DNA from: Candidatus Avichristensenella intestinipullorum | GTDB lineage: Bacteria; Bacillota; Clostridia; Christensenellales; Aristaeellaceae | DNA: 64,000 nucleotides | NCBI GenBank assembly: GCA_018713305.1 | Contig: DVFI01000026.1 | Coordinates: 5,484-69,483 of the forward strand | Direction: 5' to 3' | Shown here: positions 1 through 8,331 of the stretch, in pieces | Position numbering within the stretch: the stretch's first letter is position 1 | Layout of the letters: every line of letters starts with the position of its first letter | Translations under genes and position numbers: made by a program | Notes under the pieces: model-generated | What the model saw: the letters and a program-made list of their open reading frames with translations, nothing else | Databases searched by the model: none | What the model was told of the DNA's origin: nothing

Positions 1-76
1 AGTATACGGCCAGCGCCGCCAGAAGCAGAAGCGCCAGCGCGCGGACAGGATGCCTGCGCCTTGTTGTTTCCGTCAT
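1..76 (-). CDS. 5' end of a gene for a membrane or secreted protein (continues past the window start)
   Basis: ATG at 76..74 overlaps the TGA (75..73) of the SNF2 gene (ATGA). The translation MTETTRRRHPVRALALLLLAALAVY is a basic n-region followed by a hydrophobic helix. Confidence 0.35.
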   Translation of the reverse strand, partial: MTETTRRRHPVRALALLLLAALAVY

Positions 77-1800
77 ATCGTTTCCTCCAGTTGCATATCA
101 AGCCGCGCCATCAGGCGCCGCACGTGCGCGCGCGCATAGCGCTCCTGCGCCTGTACTTCCTGCGCGGGCATGGGCAAATCGCCCATGAGCGAAAGGAACT
201 GGCTGACCTTCAGCCCCAGCGCCTCCTGCATGTCCGCGTCCGAGCCGCGCGGGCTGACCAGATAGTAGCACAGCAGCGAGTCCTTCTGCCCGATGCGGTG
301 CGCCCGGTCCTCCGCCTGGCTGTGCACGGCGGGCGACCAGTCCAGCTCGCCGAACACCACGCAGGTGGCGCGCTGCAGGTTCAGCCCGGCCGCCGAGCGC
401 AGCGACACGCAGCACAAATCCGTGCGGCCCTGCATAAACGCGCCGGCGGCCGCGTCCTTCTGCGCGTCGCTCTCCCGCCCGGTGATGAACACGGGAGAGA
501 AGGCGCGCAGCTCGCGCGCGTAAGCGTCCATGACCGCGTGGTGGTGCGCGAAGAGCAGCACCTTTTCTCCGCCCTCCAGCAGCGCGCGCACGAACGCGGC
601 GACATAGGCCGCCTTGGCAAGCCCGGTCGCCTGCCGCTCCTGCTGGGACACCTGCTCCTCCAGCAGCGCGCGCTTGGAGGGCGTCAGCGTTTCGTCGCGC
701 CGCAGCATGCGGAGCTTTTCCAACACCTCGCGCGTCAGGCGGTCGTAGAGCGCGTCGTCCGCGTCGATTTCCTGCACCAGGCGGCGTTTGGGCGGCAGCT
801 CCGGCAATACGTCCGCCTTGGTGCGCCGGAGCATCATCCCCTCGCGCCGCAGGTGCTCGCCCAGCACGTCGGGCTTGAGCACCACGCCCCGGCCGTATCC
901 GTCGCACCATTCGCGCGAAAAGCTTTCCCAGCTGCCCAGAAAATGAAAGTCCAGAATGTTGATGACATTCCAAATCTCGCCGCCCCGGTTGTAGATGGGC
1001 GTTCCGGACAGGCCGACCACGCGCTCGCAGGCGCTGGACAGGAGGCTGGCCGCGCTGTATTTTTCCGTGCCCGCGCGCCGCAGCTCCTGAATCTCGTCAA
1101 AAATCAGCGCGCGAAAGCCCTGCCCGGGCAGCGTTTCCTTCCAGCCGCGCAAAAGCAGGTAATGGATGACGTACACATCCGCCTCGGGCAGGGGATAAGG
1201 GGTCAGCCCCCGGATGACATGCACCCGCACCCCGTCCGGCAGGCGCAAAAACCGTTCCAGCTCCCGCTGCCAGTTCCGCACCAGGTGCGGCGGCACCACC
1301 AGCAGCGCCGGCAGACAGCGCGTGGCGGCCAGCAGCGCAATGGCCTGCACGGTCTTGCCCAGCCCCATCTCGTCCGCCAGCAGCGCCCGCTCGTTGGCCA
1401 GGAGATACGCCAAACCTCTGCGCTGAAAGCGCATGAGCGAGCCGTCAAAGTATGCGGGCGGCGGCGCGGCCTCCTCGGGCATCCGGGCGGCCTGCGCGCG
1501 ATGCTCCGCCCAGGCGCGCGCGCCTTCGAGCGCTTCCTCCCAGCGGTCGCGGTCGCGCTCGGCAATGTCCAGCGGATAGCGGAGCATCAGCCAGTTCAGG
1601 TCCGCGATGATGCGCCGGTGCGCGGCAAAGCGCGCCTCGCCCCGCCCATGGCCGTCGCAGCCCGGAAACAGGCGCTTGGCCAGCTCGGTCACGCACGGCT
1701 CGCCCCGGATGGTCCAGCATTTGGCGCGGCGATTGTAGGAAAGCGTGCCGTAGGTATGCCCCTCTGCGGGCACGTCGCGCAGGTAGGCGGGAATGCTCAC
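73..1800 (-). CDS. SNF2/Rad54-family DEAD-like helicase (575 aa)
   Basis: Motifs LLADEMGLGKTVQAIALL (I), LIFDEIQELR (II), LSGTPIYNR (III), and C-terminal LNLQRATCVVFGELDWSP and QAEDRAHRIGQK. Start set at GTG 1800, which overlaps the TGA of the upstream ORF (GTGA). The Ala/Gly/Arg-rich N-terminal extension in the ORF track overlaps that gene. Confidence 0.85.
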   Translation of the reverse strand: MSIPAYLRDVPAEGHTYGTLSYNRRAKCWTIRGEPCVTELAKRLFPGCDGHGRGEARFAAHRRIIADLNWLMLRYPLDIAERDRDRWEEALEGARAWAEHRAQAARMPEEAAPPPAYFDGSLMRFQRRGLAYLLANERALLADEMGLGKTVQAIALLAATRCLPALLVVPPHLVRNWQRELERFLRLPDGVRVHVIRGLTPYPLPEADVYVIHYLLLRGWKETLPGQGFRALIFDEIQELRRAGTEKYSAASLLSSACERVVGLSGTPIYNRGGEIWNVINILDFHFLGSWESFSREWCDGYGRGVVLKPDVLGEHLRREGMMLRRTKADVLPELPPKRRLVQEIDADDALYDRLTREVLEKLRMLRRDETLTPSKRALLEEQVSQQERQATGLAKAAYVAAFVRALLEGGEKVLLFAHHHAVMDAYARELRAFSPVFITGRESDAQKDAAAGAFMQGRTDLCCVSLRSAAGLNLQRATCVVFGELDWSPAVHSQAEDRAHRIGQKDSLLCYYLVSPRGSDADMQEALGLKVSQFLSLMGDLPMPAQEVQAQERYARAHVRRLMARLDMQLEETI

Positions 1801-2162
1801 AGCGCCACCCCCCACAGCCGCGACAGGCTCACCGTGTAGAGCGGTTTTCCCCCGGCATGCGCCGGCAGGCGCGGAACCCGCTCGGCAACCAGCACCAGCG
1901 AGGACACGCGCGGGCTGGCCGCGTAGGCCTGCAGCTGCCGCAGCACGCGCGCGAACGGCGGCCGTCCCCGCTTGACCTCCACCCCCACGCTGCCGCACAG
2001 GAAATCAATGCGCCGTCTCGGCCCCAGAGGGGCCTCGTGCAGAACCGTAAGCCCTGCGGCGTCGAGCGCTTCGGCCACCAGGCGGTGCAGGTCGTATTCG
2101 TTTGTCGTTCGGGGCGCGCGCAGCGCGCAGAGCGCGGCCAGAACGCATTCGGTTTCCGTCAT
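1797..2162 (-). CDS. small hypothetical protein with a PD-(D/E)xK-like (VRR-NUC-like) motif (121 aa)
   Basis: RRIDFLCGSVGVEVKRG gives D-x8-E-x-K in a beta-strand-like context. Translationally coupled to the SNF2 gene. Start at ATG 2162 (MTETECV); in-frame alternatives exist at 2222 and 2246. Confidence 0.5.
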   Translation of the reverse strand: MTETECVLAALCALRAPRTTNEYDLHRLVAEALDAAGLTVLHEAPLGPRRRIDFLCGSVGVEVKRGRPPFARVLRQLQAYAASPRVSSLVLVAERVPRLPAHAGGKPLYTVSLSRLWGVAL

Positions 2163-2168
2163 GGGGCT

Positions 2169-2177
2169 ATTGTAGCA
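2169..2177 (-). promoter_or_regulatory. extended -10 promoter (TGcTACAAT) that would place the TSS on the ATG at 2162 (leaderless mRNA candidate)
   Basis: The minus strand reads gtgcTACAATagccccATG, leaving 6 nt between the -10 hexamer and the A of the ATG. There is no Shine-Dalgarno sequence before that ATG. Confidence 0.35.
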
Positions 2178-2240
2178 CGAAACGGGCGGATGCGCCACGC
2201 CCCGCGCGATGGAATATTTCATGAATTTTGCCCCCGGGCG

Positions 2241-2268
2241 TTGCATTTCTGTAACATGATGCTATAAT
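2241..2268 (+). promoter_or_regulatory. sigma-70-type promoter for the ABC ATPase gene
   Basis: TTGCAT, 16 nt, then TGcTATAAT (extended -10), about 100 nt upstream of ATG 2367. Confidence 0.55.
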
Positions 2269-2366
2269 GGGCATATTCCTTTTGTTCGCCGGGCGTCCGC
2301 CGGGCCTTCGGGCGCTGCGGCGCGCCGCGGCGCACGCCTGTCCGGAGAGAACCTTCAAAGGAGCCA

Positions 2367-3449
2367 ATGCCGATGTCGACCGTCACCATTGAGAAGGTAA
2401 CCAAGTCCTTTGGGGAGCATGTGGTGCTGCGCGAGTTTACGGAGAAGTTTGAAGACCAGGAATTCGTGACGCTGCTGGGGCCGTCCGGATGCGGCAAGAC
2501 CACCATGCTGCGCATCATCGCGGGATTTGAAACGCCCACAAGCGGCGAAGTGTATATTGGCAACCAGCTGGTCAGCGGGGGAAAGACGTTTGTGCCGCCG
2601 GAAAGGCGAAGCATCGGCATGGTGTTTCAGTCCTATGCGGTCTGGCCGCATATGAACGTATACGATAACGTGGCCTATCCGCTCAAAATCAGAAAAATCA
2701 ACCGCACCGACATCAAAAACAAGGTGGACCGCGCGCTGGAGATTGTGCATTTGAGCCAGTATGCCCAGCGGTATCCCAACCAGATGTCCGGCGGCCAGCA
2801 GCAGCGCGTCGCGCTGGCGCGCGCAATGGTCGCCGCGCCGCGACTGCTGCTGCTGGACGAGCCGCTGAGCAACCTGGACGCCAAACTGCGCGAAAGCATG
2901 CGCTTTGAAATCAAGGAAATCCAGGAAGCCCTGGGCATCACCGTCGTCTATGTGACCCATGACCAGACCGAGGCCATGGCCATGAGCGACCGCATTTGCA
3001 TCATCAACCGCGGCGTCGTGCAGCAGGTCGGCACGCCGCGGGAAATCTACAGCGCCCCGGTCAATCCCTTCGTGGCGGATTTCGTCGGCAAAATAGACTT
3101 CCTGCGCGGACGCGCGGAGGACGGCGCCGTCATGCTCGAAGGCGCGGAACAGAAGCTTCCCTATCATGGCCCGCTCCGCGGCAAAATCATCGTGGCCATC
3201 CGCCCGGAAAACATCCGCTTTGTCCCGGAAGGACAGGGCGTGCTCCGGGGCACGCTCGCAAGCCATTTCTTTCTGGGAGACGTCAACGATTGCCGCGTGG
3301 ATATCGGAGGCGGCGCTGTGCTGCGCATGATTGCCGACCCGCTGACCTTCGGCACGGTGCGCATAGGCGACGCCGTGTCGCTGGACGTGCGCGACTTTCT
3401 GACCTTCCCGGACGACGGGCATGAGGACGCGCTGAAAATCCTCACCTGA
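2367..3449 (+). CDS. ABC transporter ATP-binding protein with a C-terminal TOBE-like regulatory domain (PotA/MalK/FbpC class); no cognate permease adjacent
   Basis: Walker A GPSGCGKTT, signature MSGGQQQRVALARA, Walker B LLLLDEPLSNLD, H-loop YVTHDQ. RBS AAAGGAG lies before the ATG. Confidence 0.9.
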   Translation: MPMSTVTIEKVTKSFGEHVVLREFTEKFEDQEFVTLLGPSGCGKTTMLRIIAGFETPTSGEVYIGNQLVSGGKTFVPPERRSIGMVFQSYAVWPHMNVYDNVAYPLKIRKINRTDIKNKVDRALEIVHLSQYAQRYPNQMSGGQQQRVALARAMVAAPRLLLLDEPLSNLDAKLRESMRFEIKEIQEALGITVVYVTHDQTEAMAMSDRICIINRGVVQQVGTPREIYSAPVNPFVADFVGKIDFLRGRAEDGAVMLEGAEQKLPYHGPLRGKIIVAIRPENIRFVPEGQGVLRGTLASHFFLGDVNDCRVDIGGGAVLRMIADPLTFGTVRIGDAVSLDVRDFLTFPDDGHEDALKILT

Positions 3450-3507
3450 CGCGCCGCGCAGGCGCGGCGGGCGCGGCCTTGCCGGAGGGGCGAAGGCGGC
3501 GCTCCGT

Positions 3508-3544
3508 TCAAGAAAGACGCAGGGCGCGCGTTTTCGCCCTGCGT
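3508..3544 (-). terminator. intrinsic terminator downstream of the CapA-family gene
   Basis: On the minus strand, ACGCAGGGCG-gaaaacgcg-CGCCCTGCGT is followed by CTTTCTTG. Confidence 0.45.
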
Positions 3545-3605
3545 GTACACAGCGTGATTTGCTTTCGCTCCCGGGCGGAGACGCGTTTTTCCCGCGCCGC
3601 CCGGT

Positions 3606-4916
3606 TTATTGCGCGACCGGCCGGGCCGCGTCCTCGCCCAGCCTGTTGACGAGGCTTTCGTAAGCGCCCTGCATGTTCTGGTAGATGCTCTCGGTCATGT
3701 TTTCCGGCCGGGAGGAAGCGCCCGCCGGCACGACCCGGAACCGGTACGCGCCCGCCTCGTCTCGCCAGCGCATAATCCAGGTGGGCATATACCAGGCGTC
3801 GCTGATGCGCGCGCACTGATTCGCCTCGTCCCATTCGAACGTCAGCGAGAGCATCAGGCCCGTAATATCCCGGGTTTCCCGGGAATCGTCGATGAGGAAA
3901 TTGCCCAGCGAATAGGCGATGAACACCTCGCGGACATAGCCGTCCGCGCTCACTACGCTCTTGCGCTCCAGCGCATGCACGCTTGTCGGCCCCACGCCCA
4001 GAATGACGTTCGCGCCCGAGCGCGCCAGCGCGTCTGCCGTCTGCCGCGTGGCGTCGGACGGCGCGGTGTCCGAGCGGCTGCCCCAGTACACCAGAACGAC
4101 GACCACGTCCGCGCCTTGCTCCCGGATTTGGGCAATGTCCGACTGCACGGTCTGCACGTCCAGCATGCGCACCGCCGCGGCGATTTCCGCCTCGGAGGCG
4201 GCGGCCTGCCCGGCGCTGCTGAGAGAATCAACATAGGAAACAAAGCCCAAACAGAGGCCGCCGGCCTCGACCAGTGTCGGCTCCCGCAGCGCGCCGACGC
4301 CGGTTATCTGCGCGCCGGTCAGCGCGGCTACCGTGGCGCTCATGCCCGCGACGCCGCCGTCCAGCAGGCGATCCGTGCCCAGGTTGGCCAAGTCCACCCC
4401 GGCCGCCGACAGCGAGCGGGCCAGGGCCGAAGGCGCAAGATAATTGCCGAAGTTTTCCTCGCCCAGCCCCGTGCGCAGCGTGACCAGGGAAACATCCGCG
4501 CCGGAAAGCGTGGAAGCGACCGGGGAAAAGATATCGTCATAGCGGTAAGCGCCCGCGGCGTCCAGGCCGCTTTCGCGCAGCTGCGAGCCCAGGGCAATCT
4601 GCCCGGCCGCCAGCAGCGTAACGGGTTGACGGGGCGTGGCGGTGGGCGTCGGAGACGCGGTGGGGGATTGCATGGGCGCGTCGGTCGCGGACGCCGGAGC
4701 GGGCAGGGACGGCTGCGGGCTTTCGCCCGCGTCGGAGACCGGCACGCCCGCCATCTCGCGCAGCGGCTCGGAAAGAAGGGCGGAATCCAGGCGGATATAG
4801 GCCGCGTCGCCGGAGATGCGCAAATAGACGACGCCCGCCGCCAGCAGGGTGCACAGCGAAAAGACGAGCATGAAAACGGTTCCCGCCGAAATGCCCCGCT
4901 TCTTTGCCCGCGCCAT
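3606..4916 (-). CDS. CapA-family (poly-gamma-glutamate synthesis/metallophosphatase-like) membrane-anchored protein
   Basis: N-terminal TM segment (GTVFMLVFSLCTLLAAGVVYL), a Pro/Ala/Thr linker, then a CapA-like domain (VTLLAAGQIALG..., VDLANLGTDRLLDGG, YWGSRSDTAPS). Confidence 0.7.
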   Translation of the reverse strand: MARAKKRGISAGTVFMLVFSLCTLLAAGVVYLRISGDAAYIRLDSALLSEPLREMAGVPVSDAGESPQPSLPAPASATDAPMQSPTASPTPTATPRQPVTLLAAGQIALGSQLRESGLDAAGAYRYDDIFSPVASTLSGADVSLVTLRTGLGEENFGNYLAPSALARSLSAAGVDLANLGTDRLLDGGVAGMSATVAALTGAQITGVGALREPTLVEAGGLCLGFVSYVDSLSSAGQAAASEAEIAAAVRMLDVQTVQSDIAQIREQGADVVVVLVYWGSRSDTAPSDATRQTADALARSGANVILGVGPTSVHALERKSVVSADGYVREVFIAYSLGNFLIDDSRETRDITGLMLSLTFEWDEANQCARISDAWYMPTWIMRWRDEAGAYRFRVVPAGASSRPENMTESIYQNMQGAYESLVNRLGEDAARPVAQ

Positions 4917-4953
4917 GTTCGCACCCCCTCGCCAGTCTTATGTATAGAACGGA

Positions 4954-5856
4954 TTACGGCTTGCTGGGCATCCCGCTGTCGTATCCGGCGTTGCCGGTGA
5001 CCAGCGCCAGGGCCTCCGCGGAGCACTCCCCGTCAAAATACGCGCTCAGCGCGTGCAGCAGCTCCGCAGCGCGCCGCACGCCCCGGTCGAACAGGGTCGC
5101 CAGGTCTTCGCTGCGCTCGCGCTCGGGGTCATACGGGCTGCGCCAGGCATGGTGCGCGGTGTTTTCGATATCCCCGTGCAGGGGAAAGCGCGGCGCCATC
5201 TGCGAGGTAACCAGACAGGGCTTGCCGATGATGCGCTCCAGCACCCAGACCAGCGCGTATTTCCCGCCCAGCGGGCTGTGCGTCAGACGGTTGACGCGCG
5301 CGGCGTCCGCAAAGGCGCGCAGCACCATGCCGCGCTCGAATGGGTAATCCGGAAACACCCATTCCATTGCGCCCGTCCACAAATCGGCGATGGTTTCCCA
5401 GTGGGGCCGGCTTTCCTCCAGGCCCGGCATCACCACCGGCGTGCCCCGATGGCCCGCCCGGCGATAATACAGCGCGTCCCAGCGCTTTTCCAGGCGCATA
5501 TGAAGGGCGCTGGAATACCGGCCGTGCCGGTCCAGGCTCTGCGAATACACATAGGGGTGCACGGTCGAGTCCAGCGCATAGTGGGTAAAAAAGCCCATTG
5601 TAAACGCCCGTTCGACCGCCGTGCCGCGCTTTGCGCGGTCGGCCAGCGCGCCGAGAAAGGCGCCGGTGCGGTGCTGGTGGATGAGCGCGCCCACTTTGCT
5701 GGGCCGGCTGGACAGGCGCAGGGGAAACATGCCCAGCACAAAGAGCGGGTCGGGTCCCTGCGCGCCCAGGCACAGCGCGTCGCCTTCCACCGGCGTGATG
5801 CCCGCCATTCCGCAGGCGCGCTCCGCGCAGAGCTGGTGCAAATATCCGGAAGGCAT
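4954..5856 (-). CDS. zinc-dependent phospholipase C-like family protein (300 aa)
   Basis: GYLHQLCAE..., GAQGPDPLF and FFTHYALDSTVHPYVY resemble the PF00882-type His-rich motifs. ATG 5856 overlaps the fucU stop (ATGA). Confidence 0.6.
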   Translation of the reverse strand: MPSGYLHQLCAERACGMAGITPVEGDALCLGAQGPDPLFVLGMFPLRLSSRPSKVGALIHQHRTGAFLGALADRAKRGTAVERAFTMGFFTHYALDSTVHPYVYSQSLDRHGRYSSALHMRLEKRWDALYYRRAGHRGTPVVMPGLEESRPHWETIADLWTGAMEWVFPDYPFERGMVLRAFADAARVNRLTHSPLGGKYALVWVLERIIGKPCLVTSQMAPRFPLHGDIENTAHHAWRSPYDPERERSEDLATLFDRGVRRAAELLHALSAYFDGECSAEALALVTGNAGYDSGMPSKP

Positions 5857-6284
5857 CAGGACTTCACCACGCCTTTTTTCAACAGAATATTGGCATACTG
5901 CGCGCTTTCGCCGGTCTGCACCACGCAATATGCCTCGCGCGCCAGCGCGTAAAAGCGGAAACGCTCCACCCGGTCTATTGCGGCTCCGGGCTCATGCGCC
6001 TGAACGATGCGGGCATACTCGTCCCAAATGGGCGTTTCCACCGAATCGCCCGGCACCACCTCCATCAGCGTTACCGGCGCGTCCACATAGGTATCCAGCG
6101 GAAAAAAACGGAGCATGGCGTCGAGCAGCTCGCACGCGCCGTGGCCGTCCAGCCGCACCACGCGCCTGCCAAGCGCCGCACCGGGAAAGTTGCCGTCGGC
6201 GATGACGATGGTGTCGCCATGCCCCATCTCCATCATGACCTTCAGCAGCTCGGGGGAAAGGATGGACGGGATGTTTTTGAGCAT
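5856..6284 (-). CDS. fucU: L-fucose mutarotase / RbsD-FucU family protein
   Basis: MLKNIPSILSPELLKVMMEMGHGDTIVIADGNFP ... YANILLKKGV closely matches the FucU consensus. Confidence 0.85.
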   Translation of the reverse strand: MLKNIPSILSPELLKVMMEMGHGDTIVIADGNFPGAALGRRVVRLDGHGACELLDAMLRFFPLDTYVDAPVTLMEVVPGDSVETPIWDEYARIVQAHEPGAAIDRVERFRFYALAREAYCVVQTGESAQYANILLKKGVVKS

Positions 6285-6408
6285 GAAAACCCTCCTGTCA
6301 TTTGCTGTCTACATGCTTCGACATGCAAAGGCGATTTCCTGCCGCCGCGCATACTCTCGCCGCGTGCGGTCATCCTATCTGCGAGACCATACGAAACGGG
6401 GTGTGCAA

Positions 6409-7029
6409 ATGACCTTTGGCATGATAGCGCTGCTGGTGATGTCGCTGCTGGTGATCTTTGGCGTGGGACAGCGCGTACTGGACAGGCTGCGCATCAACGA
6501 CAGAACGGCGCTGGCCGGCATGGCGGCCATTTTCATCGGCGGTCTGATTCCGGCCATCCCGGTGGGCAACGTGGAAATCGGCCTGGGCGGCTGCGTGGTG
6601 CCGGTGGCGCTGTGCATATGGGTGCTGGTGCGCGCCGGCACCTGGATGGAGCGGGCGCGGGCGCTGTTCGGCGCGCTGCTGACCGCGGCGGCGGTGTGGC
6701 TGCTGAGCCTGTGGATGCCGGCCGAGCCGGAAAACATCGTTCTGGACCCCAACTATGCCTACGGGCTGGCAGCGGGCGTGATAGCCTACCTGCTGGGGCG
6801 CTCGCGGCGCGCGGCGTTTGTGTGCGCGGTGCTGGGCGTGCTGCTGGCGGACGTGCTGGTGGGGGTGTACAACGCCTCGCGCGGCGTGGATACCGTGCTG
6901 CGCCTGGGCACGGGCGGCGCGCTGGACGCGGTGGTCATCTCCGGGCTGATCGCGGTGCTGCTGACGGAGTTTATGGGCGAGGCGATAGAGCGGCTGGTGC
7001 GGGGCCGCCGGAAGGAGGAAGCGCAATGA
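6409..7029 (+). CDS. integral membrane protein (206 aa, about 6 TM helices), translationally coupled to spoIIP
   Basis: Hydrophobic helices throughout (MIALLVMSLLVIF, GMAAIFIGGLIPAI, VVPVALCIWVLV, ...). The stop overlaps the spoIIP ATG (ATGA at 7026-7029). Confidence 0.7.
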   Translation: MTFGMIALLVMSLLVIFGVGQRVLDRLRINDRTALAGMAAIFIGGLIPAIPVGNVEIGLGGCVVPVALCIWVLVRAGTWMERARALFGALLTAAAVWLLSLWMPAEPENIVLDPNYAYGLAAGVIAYLLGRSRRAAFVCAVLGVLLADVLVGVYNASRGVDTVLRLGTGGALDAVVISGLIAVLLTEFMGEAIERLVRGRRKEEAQ

Positions 7030-8126
7030 AAAAGCTGACAGCGGCGCTGTTGGGGCTTTTGCTGCTGTGGCCGGCCACCGCGCGCGCGGACGGCTGGGCC
7101 GAGGACGGCTGCTATACGGTATACCGGGAGGACGGCACGGTGCTTTTCACGTTTGCCGGAGAGGTCGCCCAGGGCGACGAGTATATCAGCGCGGACAACC
7201 AGCGCTATGTCATCCGGAGCGTACAGGAGCAGGCGCGCACGGCGCAGGCCGTCTGGGACGGCGAACAGGCCATGCCGGACATCAGCTGGCTGGACGCGCC
7301 CGCGGCCGTGGTTGTCTCCGCACAGGGCGAACAGAGCGACCGGCTCATTGCGCTCTACGCCACGCACAGCGACGAAAGCTATGAGCCCACCGACGGCACC
7401 GCCAGCGCCGACGACGGCGACGGCGGCATTTACGATGTGTGCGATACGCTCAAGGCCGCGCTGGAGGCGCAGGGCGTTCGTGTCATCCTGGACGAAACGT
7501 CGCATGTCCCCCACGACGCGGGCGCATACCGCCGCTCGCGCCAGACCGCCATTGAGCTTTTGAAGCAGGGCCCGGACGCGCTCATCGACGTGCACCGCGA
7601 CGGCATCCCGGACCCGGAGGAATATGAGGTGGAAATCGACGGCGAGGACGCCAGCAAGGTGCGCCTGCTGGTGGGGCGTTCGAACCAGAACGCGGATGCG
7701 AACAAGGAATTCGCGCTGGAGCTCAAGGCGGTGGCGGACAGCCGCTATCCGGAGCTTATCAAGGACATCTTCATCGGCAAGGGCAGCTATAACCAGGACC
7801 TGGCCTCCAACGCCATCCTGCTGGAGTTTGGCACGCATACGCTGGAAAAGGAGCGGGCGGAAGCGTCCGCGGAGCTGATGGGCGGCGTGATTGCGGATAC
7901 GCTGTACGGAGGCGTCAGCGGAGCGGCCTCGGGCGGCGAGGAGACGCAGGGCGAGGCCAACGTCGGCGCCGTGCGGGGCATCGTGTGGCTCCTGGTGCTG
8001 GTGGCGGCGGCCATCGCGGTTTTTGCGCTGCTGCAGACGGGCAGGGGACGCGCGGCCTGGGAGCGCATCAAGCGCGGGACGAGCGAGCTGACCGCAGGAT
8101 GGCTGGGCAAGCGAAACAAGGAATAA
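7026..8126 (+). CDS. spoIIP: stage II sporulation protein P
   Basis: Signal/anchor MKKLTAALLGLLLLWP, then LIALYATHSDESY, IDVHRDG, VRLLVGRSNQN and NQDLASNAILLEFGTHTL, which are typical SpoIIP amidase-like motifs. Confidence 0.85.
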   Translation: MKKLTAALLGLLLLWPATARADGWAEDGCYTVYREDGTVLFTFAGEVAQGDEYISADNQRYVIRSVQEQARTAQAVWDGEQAMPDISWLDAPAAVVVSAQGEQSDRLIALYATHSDESYEPTDGTASADDGDGGIYDVCDTLKAALEAQGVRVILDETSHVPHDAGAYRRSRQTAIELLKQGPDALIDVHRDGIPDPEEYEVEIDGEDASKVRLLVGRSNQNADANKEFALELKAVADSRYPELIKDIFIGKGSYNQDLASNAILLEFGTHTLEKERAEASAELMGGVIADTLYGGVSGAASGGEETQGEANVGAVRGIVWLLVLVAAAIAVFALLQTGRGRAAWERIKRGTSELTAGWLGKRNKE

Positions 8127-8139
8127 AGCCAGCTTGTCG

Positions 8140-8167
8140 AAAAAGGCCGGCGCTGCCGGCCTTTTCC
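8140..8167 (+). terminator. intrinsic terminator after spoIIP
   Basis: aaaaaGGCCGGC-gct-GCCGGCCttttcc. Confidence 0.7.
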
Positions 8168-8260
8168 GCCAGGACACGTTTCCCCTGCGCCCTGGGGCGC
8201 GGCCGGGGAAACGTGCAGGGAAACCTTGCTGCGCAAGGCTTCCGAACCCGCCGCACATGT

Positions 8261-8331
8261 CGCCGGGTTCGGATTGTATTTGGAGGGCTTCGGCCCTCCA
8301 AGCCTCCCCAAAGGGGTTCCTCGACGGTCTG
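8261..8331 (+). repeat. copy A of an unclassified ~70-nt structured intergenic element
   Basis: Matches 39913-39982 at 47 of its first 49 positions. Shares the 5' box CGCCGGGTTCGGAT, the GGAGGGC-UUCG-GCCCUCC hairpin, a CCCC-loop-GGGG hairpin and the 3' box ACGGTCTG. Confidence 0.8.

Noticed and set aside
61-1839. 592-aa + strand ORF
   Set aside because: It is antisense shadow of the SNF2 helicase gene. It is Arg/Ala/His/Gln-rich and low in complexity, has no RBS and no recognisable motifs, whereas the opposite strand carries all the SNF2 helicase motifs.
5994-8126. 710-aa ORF that fuses upstream sequence to SpoIIP
   Set aside because: The first ~344 residues overlap fucU (antisense) and the membrane-protein gene (another frame) and are compositionally junk. 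SpoIIP starts at the ATG at 7026, which has a signal/anchor sequence and an ATGA overlap with the preceding gene.
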